Shown here piece by piece: positions 33,929-43,917 of a stretch of DNA of 64,000 nt; the stretch's first letter is position 1, and the number at the start of each line of letters is the position of its first letter. The stretch comes from Histomonas meleagridis 2922-C6/04-290x. Taxonomy: Eukaryota; Protista; Parabasalia. The DNA is taken from contig JAANOX010000128.1 of the NCBI GenBank assembly GCA_020184695.1, forward strand, positions 1-64,000, read 5' to 3'. Made by a program: the position numbers and the translations under genes. The notes under the pieces were generated by a model. It searched no databases. It saw nothing but the letters and a program-made list of their open reading frames with translations, and was not told the origin of the DNA.

Positions 33929-33946
33929 AAAAGTGATGTCACTTTT
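33929..33946. promoter_or_regulatory. Palindromic element AAAAGTGA-TG-TCACTTTT giving Inr plus AAAGTGAC motif directly before the GH3 ATG
   Basis: 8-bp perfect inverted repeat; the minus strand reads AAAAGTGACATCACTTTT-ATG. Confidence 0.55.
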
Positions 33947-34173
33947 CCGGCCACTAACGTTATCGGGGTGCACCAAAAACATACCGCTGTTGTAAATTAT
34001 TTGAATTGTGTTAATGACTTTTTGAATAAAAATAATTCGCAAATTTCAATTCTGATCATACAAAAAGTGGAAGTAATAAAATTATGTAAAACTTAAAATG
34101 TTTCTCATTTTTTTTCACATTTGTTGAACAATAAAATGACAGATAAACTTTATTCACTAATACATTGACAAAA

Positions 34174-36249
34174 TCATAGCTTAAACAATTTTTCACAAAA
34201 TTTGTAATCAGAGCACATATCGCAAAGCTTTTGGTTATCTTGAATTATTGACCATATTCCGGATGAGAACATTGCCCATGATTCCAAAACACTTTTTTCC
34301 CAATTTCTTATTAACAATGCACTCGAAAACACAAAATGATGTAAAAACAAAAACGAAGGCAATATGTCAGGGATTGGTGGAGGGGAAAGGAAAATTGTGG
34401 AATGAAACATTTCTACAAAATATTTTGCATAATTTTCGCCTCCAATTGTTCTGAGTTGTGATTCGAATTGTAAAATAATTTTCAATGTTTTACCGTAACG
34501 TGCGTTTTTGAGATGCGAAAGTGCAGAACTGACACTTAAGATGTGTTTAAGACGGGTGGAGAATGGTGGCTTGACTTTGATGAGTGGCCACTTACTTTCC
34601 ATCCAATTATTAATAACATTTACAAACATATCATACATCTCTTCAAAGGGTTCAGATTGATGTAATGGTATTGTATCAAGAGCTGAACATGTGATCTCAA
34701 AAATAGCATTAGTAGGAGCATTTGGTTTGGTGATAATCTGTGATATTGATTGGTTGATACGATCAACTAAATTTCGTCGTGAATTTGTGCGCATTGCTAC
34801 TTGAAGAAAGCCGAATGAAAAATGATGGAAAAGTTGATACATTGATGATTTAATTGAGTCATTTAGATCTTTTAATTGTTTAAGATGTTCATGATAAAGA
34901 ATAGATTGTTCTATAGAAGAGAAATTAGATTCATAGTAGTTGATAAGCTTTGAGAGTAGATAATCATATGTTTCTTTGTCTTCTTTTATGAAATCAAATT
35001 TAGATGGAGGATTAAGAATTGTCTCAGTTATGTTCTTACGGTTTTCAAATTGGATAAGATTGGTCCAGAGCTTCTCATTATCAACATTCTTTGCGAATGA
35101 TTGACGAGGAGGTCTTTGTCCAAAAAGTTCGATTCCTATCGTAGCGGTTATTTTAGTATTTTTGTCAAATGATGGGTAAAATGAATGTGTCAAAGGAGAT
35201 AAAGAATCCGTGAATTGGATTTTGTTGGGATCATAATAAAACTTAAATTGACCTGATTTATCTGATTGGAAAATTTCATTCATAAGACGAATATCTTTAT
35301 GACATACAAGAAATGGAATCCCTCGTGACCATTCACTACTGTTAAGTGATGGATTGATTTGAAAGCTTGTGGAATCTTTAACAAAAAGATCAATAATCAT
35401 TTGGGCACTTGGATTACTTATATTGGTTGTGGATAGTTTTTCAAGAAAACTAATGAAAATGTTGGTGGAATTAGTATCAATGATATCTGAAGAGCCTTCT
35501 GCAGCTGTTTGAAATGGTTTTTGTAGTAAATTAATTGAAATGAATGATATGGACTGTTTTGGATAAACTGAAATAAAAGATTTAAGTGCACGAACATGAT
35601 ATTTAGATAGAAGGGTAAGGGTTTTGTGAAGACATTTATAAAGTATTTGAGTCAAATGAACAAAACGATTTTTTTTAGGGATGTTTGCAAGATTTTTGGA
35701 AAGATTGATCCAAAGCTGTTTATAAAATAAAGTAGAAGAACAGAAAAAAGATGATAAAAGTTCAGATGAGATGAGATAATTATCAGATCGAAAGAAAGCT
35801 GACAAAAATAATGAAGCTGACCTACAATACTCCTTGCCAATGAACTCCGAATAAATAGCAGGAAAAGTTGAATAAGCAAAAAATAAAAAATCAATACAAT
35901 CAAATTTGAAATATTCAGCAATAAGATCAGCAAACTCTTTTGGATGCTCAAATGCATACTGTATTTTTGTTATTATTCCTTGAATATACATTGGAGAATA
36001 TTTCAATAAAAACGATGTAGTTTCTGAACAAATTGTACTAAAAAGCTCTGGAACAGTAGGTGTATCAAAAAAACCAGTGGAGTCTCTGGCATACATTTCC
36101 ATAAGAAAGCAACTGCGGAAATAAATTAATGTTTCTGTATAAGTTTTGTATATTTCTGATACCGTAGATTTAATTACTGAAGATAGTGGGAAAGAACCGA
36201 ATTGTTTAAATTTATTGACAATATTTACAAGGTTTTTTGTTTGCTCCAT
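34174..36249 (-). CDS. Hypothetical alpha-helical protein (about 690 aa)
   Basis: Long ORF, probable start MEQTK at 36249; no confidently recognisable domain. Confidence 0.75.
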   Translation of the reverse strand: MEQTKNLVNIVNKFKQFGSFPLSSVIKSTVSEIYKTYTETLIYFRSCFLMEMYARDSTGFFDTPTVPELFSTICSETTSFLLKYSPMYIQGIITKIQYAFEHPKEFADLIAEYFKFDCIDFLFFAYSTFPAIYSEFIGKEYCRSASLFLSAFFRSDNYLISSELLSSFFCSSTLFYKQLWINLSKNLANIPKKNRFVHLTQILYKCLHKTLTLLSKYHVRALKSFISVYPKQSISFISINLLQKPFQTAAEGSSDIIDTNSTNIFISFLEKLSTTNISNPSAQMIIDLFVKDSTSFQINPSLNSSEWSRGIPFLVCHKDIRLMNEIFQSDKSGQFKFYYDPNKIQFTDSLSPLTHSFYPSFDKNTKITATIGIELFGQRPPRQSFAKNVDNEKLWTNLIQFENRKNITETILNPPSKFDFIKEDKETYDYLLSKLINYYESNFSSIEQSILYHEHLKQLKDLNDSIKSSMYQLFHHFSFGFLQVAMRTNSRRNLVDRINQSISQIITKPNAPTNAIFEITCSALDTIPLHQSEPFEEMYDMFVNVINNWMESKWPLIKVKPPFSTRLKHILSVSSALSHLKNARYGKTLKIILQFESQLRTIGGENYAKYFVEMFHSTIFLSPPPIPDILPSFLFLHHFVFSSALLIRNWEKSVLESWAMFSSGIWSIIQDNQKLCDMCSDYKFCEKLFKL

Positions 36250-36601
36250 TTGGTTGCTTACTAAAAACCGCCACGATACACCGGTACACCCCACAATAAT
36301 AAACGGCCGAAATGATAAGTTTTCTTTGAATTAATTAATTCAAGATTTAACAACGGTTATCAATATCAAAAAGGCGATAGGAAATAGAAAAGAAAAAAAC
36401 AAAAATTTCATTAAAAAGATTTAATTAATCATATTATTTCTAAGCTCATTGATTAATATTTATCGTGTTTTAGTCATAATGTCCTTTATAATAAAAATAA
36501 CAATAAAAGAGTCATGAAAATAACAAAAACAAAAAATGAAAAAATTTAAACGTTATATTCAGTTTTTCTGAGAGCTAAGCGGCTAATTATTCAAACAACA
36601 G

Positions 36602-37204
36602 ATGTCCGAAACCAAAGAGCTAAAACTTGTTCTTATTGGGAATACATTTGTTGGAAAAACATGCATTGTTAAAAAAGCTATATCTGGCGTGTTTTCTGAA
36701 GATGCAAATCCAACACTTGGTGCTTCATACGTGTCAAAAGTTATTAATGTTGGGAAAAATGAAGTTCGATTACAAATATGGGATACCGCTGGACAAGAAA
36801 GGTTCCGTGGCATGACTCCAATGTATTTTCGCGGTGCTCATGTTGCTATGATTGTATATTCAATTTGCGATAAAGAAAGTTTTGATGGAATTGATAGCTG
36901 GGTAGAAAGTCTTCATGAAAATGCCGAATCAGATATTCTTATATTTCTTGTTGGGAATAAAGATGATCTTGAAGACCAACGTGTAATATCGTCGGAAAGA
37001 GGTCAGGAAAAAGCAACTTCTATTGGCGCATACTTTTACGAAGTTTCATCCAAAACTGGAAATGGAATTGAAGATTTATTTAATGATATCCCAAGAGTTT
37101 ATTTTGAGAAACATGAAGAAAAAGACATCACAAAAGATGACAATACTGTTCAGCTCGGAGGTTCGTCCAAGAAAAAAGGAAAAAAGAAGAGGTCTAAATG
37201 CTAA
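36602..37204 (+). CDS. Rab5/Rab22-group small GTPase
   Basis: GNTFVGKT, PTLGASY, WDTAGQERFRGMTPMYFRGA, GNKDD, EVSSKTG; ends KKKGKKKRSKC. Confidence 0.92.
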   Translation: MSETKELKLVLIGNTFVGKTCIVKKAISGVFSEDANPTLGASYVSKVINVGKNEVRLQIWDTAGQERFRGMTPMYFRGAHVAMIVYSICDKESFDGIDSWVESLHENAESDILIFLVGNKDDLEDQRVISSERGQEKATSIGAYFYEVSSKTGNGIEDLFNDIPRVYFEKHEEKDITKDDNTVQLGGSSKKKGKKKRSKC

Positions 37205-37344
37205 ATTAAAATTGAAGATCTTTATTACCGGATAAATTTTTGACTAAAGATAGTTCCAAAATTTCCTTTTTTTTGCCAATTTGTTTTGTGAATTAGTTTT
37301 ATCAAAATAAAAAAGAATTTTGTAATTTATGTCACTTTTATAAT

Positions 37345-37623
37345 TTAATTAAGTCTGATCAAAAAGTCAAAAAGGAAAAAATTGTCTCACAAGATGATGT
37401 TTTAAAGTTTAAAGAAAAGTACAACCTTCCGCTGTTCGAAATCTCAGCAAGACATAGTATAAATGTTAATGAAATGTTTTTTGAAGTAGTAAAAGTTATA
37501 AAAGAGCACAAAGAAAGAGAAGCTTCTCCTAAGGAAAATAAAGCCAACGAAGCACAAGCGCATAATACGGAAGAGAATAAACCTAAAAAGGAAAACAATA
37601 AGGAAGCATGCGGTATATATTAA
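37345..37623 (+). pseudogene. 5'-truncated remnant of a Ras/Rab GTPase (C-terminal half), missed by the ORF track
   Basis: Translates LIKSDQK...VSQDDVLKFKEKYNLPLFEISARHSINVNEMFFEVVKVI...EACGIY*, giving G4-like (xKSD) and G5 (EISA) motifs plus a CaaX end. In-frame TAG at 37294 and no start codon for the 5' part. Confidence 0.7.
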
Positions 37624-38135
37624 TGTAATATTTCTTGATAAAAATGTAATAACTTTGAGACTACCATTTTAATACAATAATTCTTATTCCAAATCATTTT
37701 TTATTACATTATATAAACTTACAATAATTTTATATTGCTTTGCTATCAGTTTTATTGCAGTGTAATGCCCTATTATATAAACGATAGGAAACAATTGTCT
37801 ATTTTCCTCTTGTTAGAAATGTAATTGTGAATATACAAATTTAAATAACTATCATATTCATCTTGAGATAGAAATTGAACGCACACACATAAATAAAAAT
37901 AGTGTTTCAACTTTGACTTTATATGCTACGCTTTGTATCAGATATTTTTAGCATTAAAAAACATTTGAAAAAACACATCACATTCATTTTTGTTTTATAT
38001 TTCACTTAGGGCTTTAAGAAGTTTGTTTTTTAGAATCAATTCTCAGTGTAACCATTTGTTGTTTACGGAACAAACCTATTGAAAAATGTAATTTCAGAAA
38101 ACATAAAAATCATTTCATAACCATAATTGCAGGAA

Positions 38136-40587
38136 ATGTATTTCGGTTTATTAAACAACATGCAAAAAACAATTCGGGAGTTAAAAGAGGAAAATTTTGA
38201 TGCATCATTGGAAGCTATCAAAACATTATATGATATAAATCTTCCGAATTCTTTCAAAATAATTTTGGCTCAAACTATTTATTCATCCATAATATCATCT
38301 ATGAATGACTTTGAATTATATTTTAAATTCATGAAAGAAATTCAAACAACATGTGATCAATTGATTGATCTTTTTGTACAACATCTTCTTCATTTATATT
38401 CTCAAGAATCCAAATATTTACTTGAAAAATTGATTAACCTTAATTTTGTTGATATAGCTCATGCAAGATGCAAAAAATCTTTTTATTTTGCACACTATAA
38501 AACAAAAGCTGAAATTAATAAACTAATTGGTGATAAAATATCATATTTCAAAACATTTAAAGATAACATTGAAGAACTTTCAAAGAATGATTGGGAACTT
38601 CATAAGAAATTAATTAAAGAAGGAATTAATCAGAATGAATTATCAAAAATAATTCGAAATGATGAAATCGACAAACTTCAAGAAATATCATCACAAAGTG
38701 ATTTTGATTTTAATCAAACAATTGAACCATCACTTTATGAAATATGTTCTTTTGTTAATAAAAAAAATGTTACATTAATTGATTATGCAGCATATTTCGG
38801 ATCTGTTAAATGTTTAAAATATTTACTTATGAATAATGCAAATGTATTAAATACGGGTAAATATGCAGTTGCAGGTGGAAATGAAGAAATTATTCATTTA
38901 TGTGAACAAAATCATTCATCATTTGAAGGTGCATATAAAACAGCAATTAAATTTCATCGAAATGATATCTTTAAATATATCCATGAAAAAAATATTATCA
39001 GAATTAAAAATTTAGAAAAATTAGGAAAGAAATGTATTTTTTATAATAATTATGAAATATTTCAATTTCTGGAAGAAAATGGTTTAATAGTTGGTGAAGA
39101 TTTGATTATTGAAGCAACATTATATGGTAATATATATCTTTTAAAATATTTTAATGAAAAAAGTGAATTACCAAATGGAATTTTAACTTGTGCTGCTTCA
39201 TCAAGAAATATTGAAGTTGTTAAATATGTTATTGATAAAGGTGGAATTTGTTTAAAGGTTGCTGATATTTTTTTGTAATAATTTTTGTTTATTTTAAGTT
39301 ATTAATATTTCAATTTTTTATTTGGAATTTATTATAACTATTTAATACACCGTTTTTAGTAGCTTGTAAAGAAGGTTGTGTAGAAATTGCAGATTTCCTT
39401 CTTAAAAAAAGATATGATGAGGTAAATGAGGTTAATATTTTATAAATGATTTCAAAATTAATTTTTAATGTTTAATGTTTAAAGTGATTATTTAAAATTT
39501 GATCTTTTTGTTTTCCAATGGACTTTACTTAGCTTCGGAATATGGACAAATTAAAATTATTAAATTCCTTCTTGACAAAGGTAAAATTGATATTAATGCT
39601 CCAGATTTTTATATGTTTCGTTTCGTGATAATTTTTGGTTTTTGATGTTTATATTTTACTTTTGGTATATTTTTTTCTTATTTTGGACACCACTTATGGT
39701 TGCATCATATTTTGGCCAAGTTAATGCTGTTAAAAAATTACTCAAAGAAAAAGGAATTTATATTAATAAATGTGAATTTTATTAAAATAATTTTCTGGAA
39801 TTTTATTCGACAATTTAGAATTTCTAAATAATATTTAGAGGCTATTTAAATCGGACAGCATTAATGCTTGCATCGCAAAATGGACATGCTGAAATTGTTA
39901 GATTACTTCTTGAACAAAAAAATATTATTGTTAATAACTTGGATTTTTATTTGATTTTATTGGACATATTTTATTATAATAATTGGGGTTTAATTAAAGG
40001 TTAATTCACGGCATTTATGTATGCTTGTGAAGGTGGTTCTGCAGATGTTGCTAAATTGCTCCTTGAAAAAGGAAATGTTAACATTAATCATCGTAATTTT
40101 TCTTGTGTTTATTTCGTGTTTAACCTAAAAAATTTGATGTTTCACAATAATATTTGAAAATTATTCAAAACATTTTATACAGCACTTATGTTAGCATCAT
40201 TTTATGGTCATACAGAAATAGTTAAATTGATCCTTGAGCAAAAAGGCGTTGATATTAATGCTAAAGATATTTATTTATTGCATTTCGCATTTATCATAAT
40301 AATTTAGGATTTCATAATAATATTTGGAAATTATTTTAAATATTCCAAACATCACTTATAAAAGCATCTATTTATGGATATACAGATATAGTTGAATTAC
40401 TTCTTGAGCAAGACGATATTGATTTTGATGTTGAAGATATTGATTTGCTATATATAAAATTTAGTTTGTTAATTTGATATTTCAAAATAATATTTGGAAA
40501 TTATTCAAATAATATAAAACTGCGCTTGATTATGCAACTGAAAAAGGTTACACTGATATAGTTTCATTGCTTTATGCAAAATATTGA
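38136..40587 (+). CDS. DUF3447-type ankyrin-repeat protein whose C-terminal ankyrin modules are split by eight non-canonical inserts
   Basis: N-terminal ORF has IIRNDEID...FDFNQTIEPSLYE...TLIDYAAYFGSVKCLKYL. After the apparent stop at 39276, coding modules follow at 39347-39436, 39517-39606, 39687-39776, 39855-39944, 40008-40097, 40179-40268 and 40349-40438 (each 90 nt), then 40519-40587. Examples: TPLMVASYFGQVNAVKKLL, TALMLASQNGHAEIVRLLL. Confidence 0.8.
39267..40518 (+). other. Eight homologous AT-rich intervening sequences, one per ankyrin repeat (putative non-canonical introns)
   Basis: Intervals between the loop Asp/Asn/Glu codon and the next Thr-position codon: 39267-39346, 39437-39516, 39607-39686, 39777-39854, 39945-40007, 40098-40178, 40269-40348, 40439-40518 (80, 80, 80, 78, 63, 81, 80, 80 nt). 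Each contains an in-frame stop and a shared 3' motif. Confidence 0.8.
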
Positions 40588-40922
40588 AATGAAGTCTTAA
40601 GAATTCTTAGAATAATAATATCAGTATTTGAGTATAAAAATATTTATTTTAATGATATTTGCAAATTATTTAAATTATTTTGTAAAGTACTTATCACATA
40701 ATATATATAAAATTTTGCATACAGCGCGTTTTTTTATCCATGCTCTGTATATGAAAATTGAAAAATGATAAATAAATATTTCAAAATTCATGTTTTAATT
40801 TTTTCTAACCGTAAAAGTGGCGTGTTCATGACTCTGAAATGGTTTAGGCAACCGCCGCATTCAATTTTATTCCTAAAAACCGATTTTTGCACAAAAATTT
40901 TCACGGTTTTAAATTAACGGTT

Positions 40923-41510
40923 ATGAGTCAAATTGAATATGCGGTAACGGCTATTTTTCGCAAAAAGAAAATGACAGAAAAACCAAAAAGGAATTACATT
41001 AGGAGAAAGAAATGCTTGAGTAATTCAGTGGCTTGCATCAAAAGCACATTTGATAGAATCAAAGCAATTTTAGGAAATAGCTTCCCAAACATAGATATTG
41101 AAAAAATCTCGATTGATTATGGCCGAGGAATTGAGGCAGCTTGTTGGTTTCCTCATTGTAAAATGTCAGATGTAGATTACCAAAAGCTTGTTAACATGAA
41201 AACGGCGAAACTATGTCAAACGCTATTTAAACAGTTTCTCCCATTTCAACAAATCACTCCAAATTTAAAACCTAAGAGGCAAAGGCACGAACTTCCAGAA
41301 TGTCCTAGGACTCCTGTTCCAATTACATCATCATCTTTACCACAAATGCCATTTGAAGCCCCAATTTTTCCACAAATACAAGAAAAGATGGAACCAAACA
41401 GTATCTCCACTGAAATTGTACACCATAGTAAGTCGGAAGATAGTGATTCAATTTACACTGAAAACGTTGGAAATCTCTTCACTTTTTTGAGCGATGATCT
41501 CTTCGGCTGA
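40923..41510 (+). CDS. Hypothetical protein with a basic N-terminal patch (KPKRNYIRRKK)
   Basis: ORF with ATG at 40923, basic NLS-like segment and Pro/Ser-rich C-terminus. Confidence 0.6.
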   Translation: MSQIEYAVTAIFRKKKMTEKPKRNYIRRKKCLSNSVACIKSTFDRIKAILGNSFPNIDIEKISIDYGRGIEAACWFPHCKMSDVDYQKLVNMKTAKLCQTLFKQFLPFQQITPNLKPKRQRHELPECPRTPVPITSSSLPQMPFEAPIFPQIQEKMEPNSISTEIVHHSKSEDSDSIYTENVGNLFTFLSDDLFG

Positions 41511-42068
41511 AAATGTTTTGTTAATTAAATATACATTTTCCATGTATTTTGCCTTTTTTTTATTAAAAATACAGCATAAAAAATGATGTTTTTAATGTTA
41601 ATTCTTCGTAACTGAAAACTTGAAATAAATTGTAAATAACACATTTTTCCTTGGAGAAATCACAAACACTAAATAATTTTGAATATTGTCAAAGACAACT
41701 AACCAACCAAATCAAAGAATAAAAATACAAATTTTTGATTCGAATTTTTATGGAAATGTTAATAAATATCATCAAGGAAAAATCGAAATTTTGATCAAAA
41801 CAGTGAACAGAAAATATATAACTCTTTCCACATAAATATTAATAACCAAAATATCAATAACTTTATTCCAAATTAAATTTTATTTCCTATTAATAGTTCT
41901 TCTTAGTTTATTATGTAAAACACGCACAAAATTTCTCAAATAAGATTACAATCAATAAACTCTTAGATAATATGAATAAAAAAAAAATGCTTTTATATAT
42001 GTATATTACGTCTAAATAAAATACAATGTGTAGAATATGTTTACATTTTACAAATCATTAAACTTATC

Positions 42069-43046
42069 TTATAGCAGTGCACTTAAATTATATTTTAACT
42101 TTTGATACGGTTCATAATCGAATCCATCGACGACTTTTGGTATTGGCACTGGTAGCCACCAACAAAGGAAATATTTCCTTGATCCACAAACTTCTTCCCA
42201 ATTACTTAAGCAGTCTTTTCTATATGGACTTTCTTCGGTTTCCCATAATCCCTTCATAAGTTCGACATTTAAATTATTTTTTGTGATATTGATAATTTGC
42301 GCACGCACTTGATTTATATGATGAAAACCATATAATGTAATTAGAATGAAAATTGCAAAAAAGATAATTTTGTATCCCCTAATCTCGGATTGGAAAAAAT
42401 AATAAATCATAAAAAGTGAATATGATGCGGCATAAACGGTTCCTGAAAAAATTGCAATGAGAAAATAGCGATGATTATTAAGACCAATCCATGTATTAAC
42501 AACACCACATTCATGATCAGCACGTAGAACATAATAGCCATACTTCTTAGTGAAGATCGCTCGAGGGGGTCTTTCGGAATTTCGAGCAAACTCAATTTGT
42601 GATGGTGTAATAGCAGTGCCACTCTTAAGTTCATTGGGTGAATAGGACTTTCGTCTTGTAAGAGACCAAGTAAAAGGAAGAATTCCTGGATTCATAAAAT
42701 GTACAATAAAATAAGAAATTGCTGCTAATGTATAAAAAAACATAAAATAATAAGGTAAGAATTTAGGGACATCAACAAATGGAATAAGATATTTATGGAA
42801 ATAAATAACAGTGATAACAGAAAAAATAAAAATTGGATAAAATGGATAATAAATACCAAGGAGGTGTTTGTAGCGCGTGTATTTTGAATAAATATTTTCT
42901 TTGTTTTTATTTCGATACCTATAAAATGGATAACAACAATAATCCCATTCACTTACCCATTCTGATTCTGGGAGAGTAGGTTTGTTATCTGTTTCTGCTT
43001 CGAAGATAAGCTGTCTCTCAGTTTTATCTTCGTTTGTTTGGTTCAT
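42069..43046 (-). CDS. Divergent DHHC-family palmitoyltransferase-like membrane protein (DHEC motif)
   Basis: Four TM helices; RPPRA...VLRADHECGVVNTWIGLNNHRYF; C-terminal NWEEVCG...WWLP motif. Confidence 0.85.
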   Translation of the reverse strand: MNQTNEDKTERQLIFEAETDNKPTLPESEWVSEWDYCCYPFYRYRNKNKENIYSKYTRYKHLLGIYYPFYPIFIFSVITVIYFHKYLIPFVDVPKFLPYYFMFFYTLAAISYFIVHFMNPGILPFTWSLTRRKSYSPNELKSGTAITPSQIEFARNSERPPRAIFTKKYGYYVLRADHECGVVNTWIGLNNHRYFLIAIFSGTVYAASYSLFMIYYFFQSEIRGYKIIFFAIFILITLYGFHHINQVRAQIINITKNNLNVELMKGLWETEESPYRKDCLSNWEEVCGSRKYFLCWWLPVPIPKVVDGFDYEPYQKLKYNLSALL

Positions 43047-43296
43047 TTTTGTCGGAAAGCGTTTGAACCAATTTTGTCGTCAAAAGAAAACAAATAAAAA
43101 CGTAATTTATTCCCAACAAAAACAGAGAACAAAGGCAAGATGCATAAAAAAATGACCTGGCATCTTTTGATGAACATCAAAAGAATATATAATAATAAAA
43201 ATGGTTCATTTCGAATATTATCAAAATCGATTTTACATCAGAAGAATCAGACATAATAACTATAACACAGTTGGTTTAAATAATTATACAACAATT

Positions 43297-43917
43297 TTAG
43301 CAGCCACATCCCGATTTCGGAGGAATTTGCATATTGTCATCCCCGACTTTTACAGCAATTGTTTCTGTACTACCTCCATACTTTTGCGCAGGCGCTTCTT
43401 CCTCAGCTTTCATTGGAACAGCAGCAACTCGTGAAAATAATTCCTCAACATTTTCTGCTGTTTTAGCACTTACTTCTATGAAAGAAGCATTTATTCCGCT
43501 TGCAAATTTTTCTCCTTCTTCGGTGAGTACTTCACGTTCACTATCAAGATCCAATTTATTACCAACAACAAATAAAGTTGGAATTGAAGTATTGAGAATA
43601 ATTTGGTGCCACTTATGAAGGTTTTCAAAGCTTGTTCTGGATGTTATGTCGTATGTTAAAATAGCAATTGTTGAACCTCTGATATATGATGGAATGAGAG
43701 AATGAAATTTTTCTTGTCCCGCAGTATCCCAGATTTGTAGTCTTACCATTTCTTCGCCTTTTGAAATAGTTTTTGAAAAAAAATCAATTCCAATTGTAGC
43801 TTGTTGGTCAGGAGAACAAGAATTAAATATAAACTGATAAATAATAGAAGTTTTTCCAACAGATGAATCGCCAATAAATACTGCTTTATGGCAGAGTGTT
43901 GAAGGCAAAACTTGCAT
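43297..43917 (-). CDS. RAB6: Rab6-like small GTPase
   Basis: GDSSVGKTS, QATIGIDF, WDTAGQEKFHSLIPSYIRGS, GNKLD, EVSAK; GCGC end. Start set at ATG 43917. Confidence 0.85.
   Translation of the reverse strand: MQVLPSTLCHKAVFIGDSSVGKTSIIYQFIFNSCSPDQQATIGIDFFSKTISKGEEMVRLQIWDTAGQEKFHSLIPSYIRGSTIAILTYDITSRTSFENLHKWHQIILNTSIPTLFVVGNKLDLDSEREVLTEEGEKFASGINASFIEVSAKTAENVEELFSRVAAVPMKAEEEAPAQKYGGSTETIAVKVGDDNMQIPPKSGCGC

Noticed and set aside
39267-40518. Ordinary GT-AG or U12 AT-AC introns in the ankyrin gene
   Set aside because: No GT at a consistent 5' position, two spacers lack any AG, and there is no ACTAAC branch motif. The ACAG in ACA-GCA occurs in only two modules. An AT...AC excision tested on insert 7 breaks the frame.
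11392-43917. Functional Rab/trafficking gene cluster (5 Rabs, CCZ1)
   Set aside because: The genes are dispersed, on both strands and from different subfamilies. The large Rab expansion in trichomonads makes this density unremarkable without genome-wide statistics.
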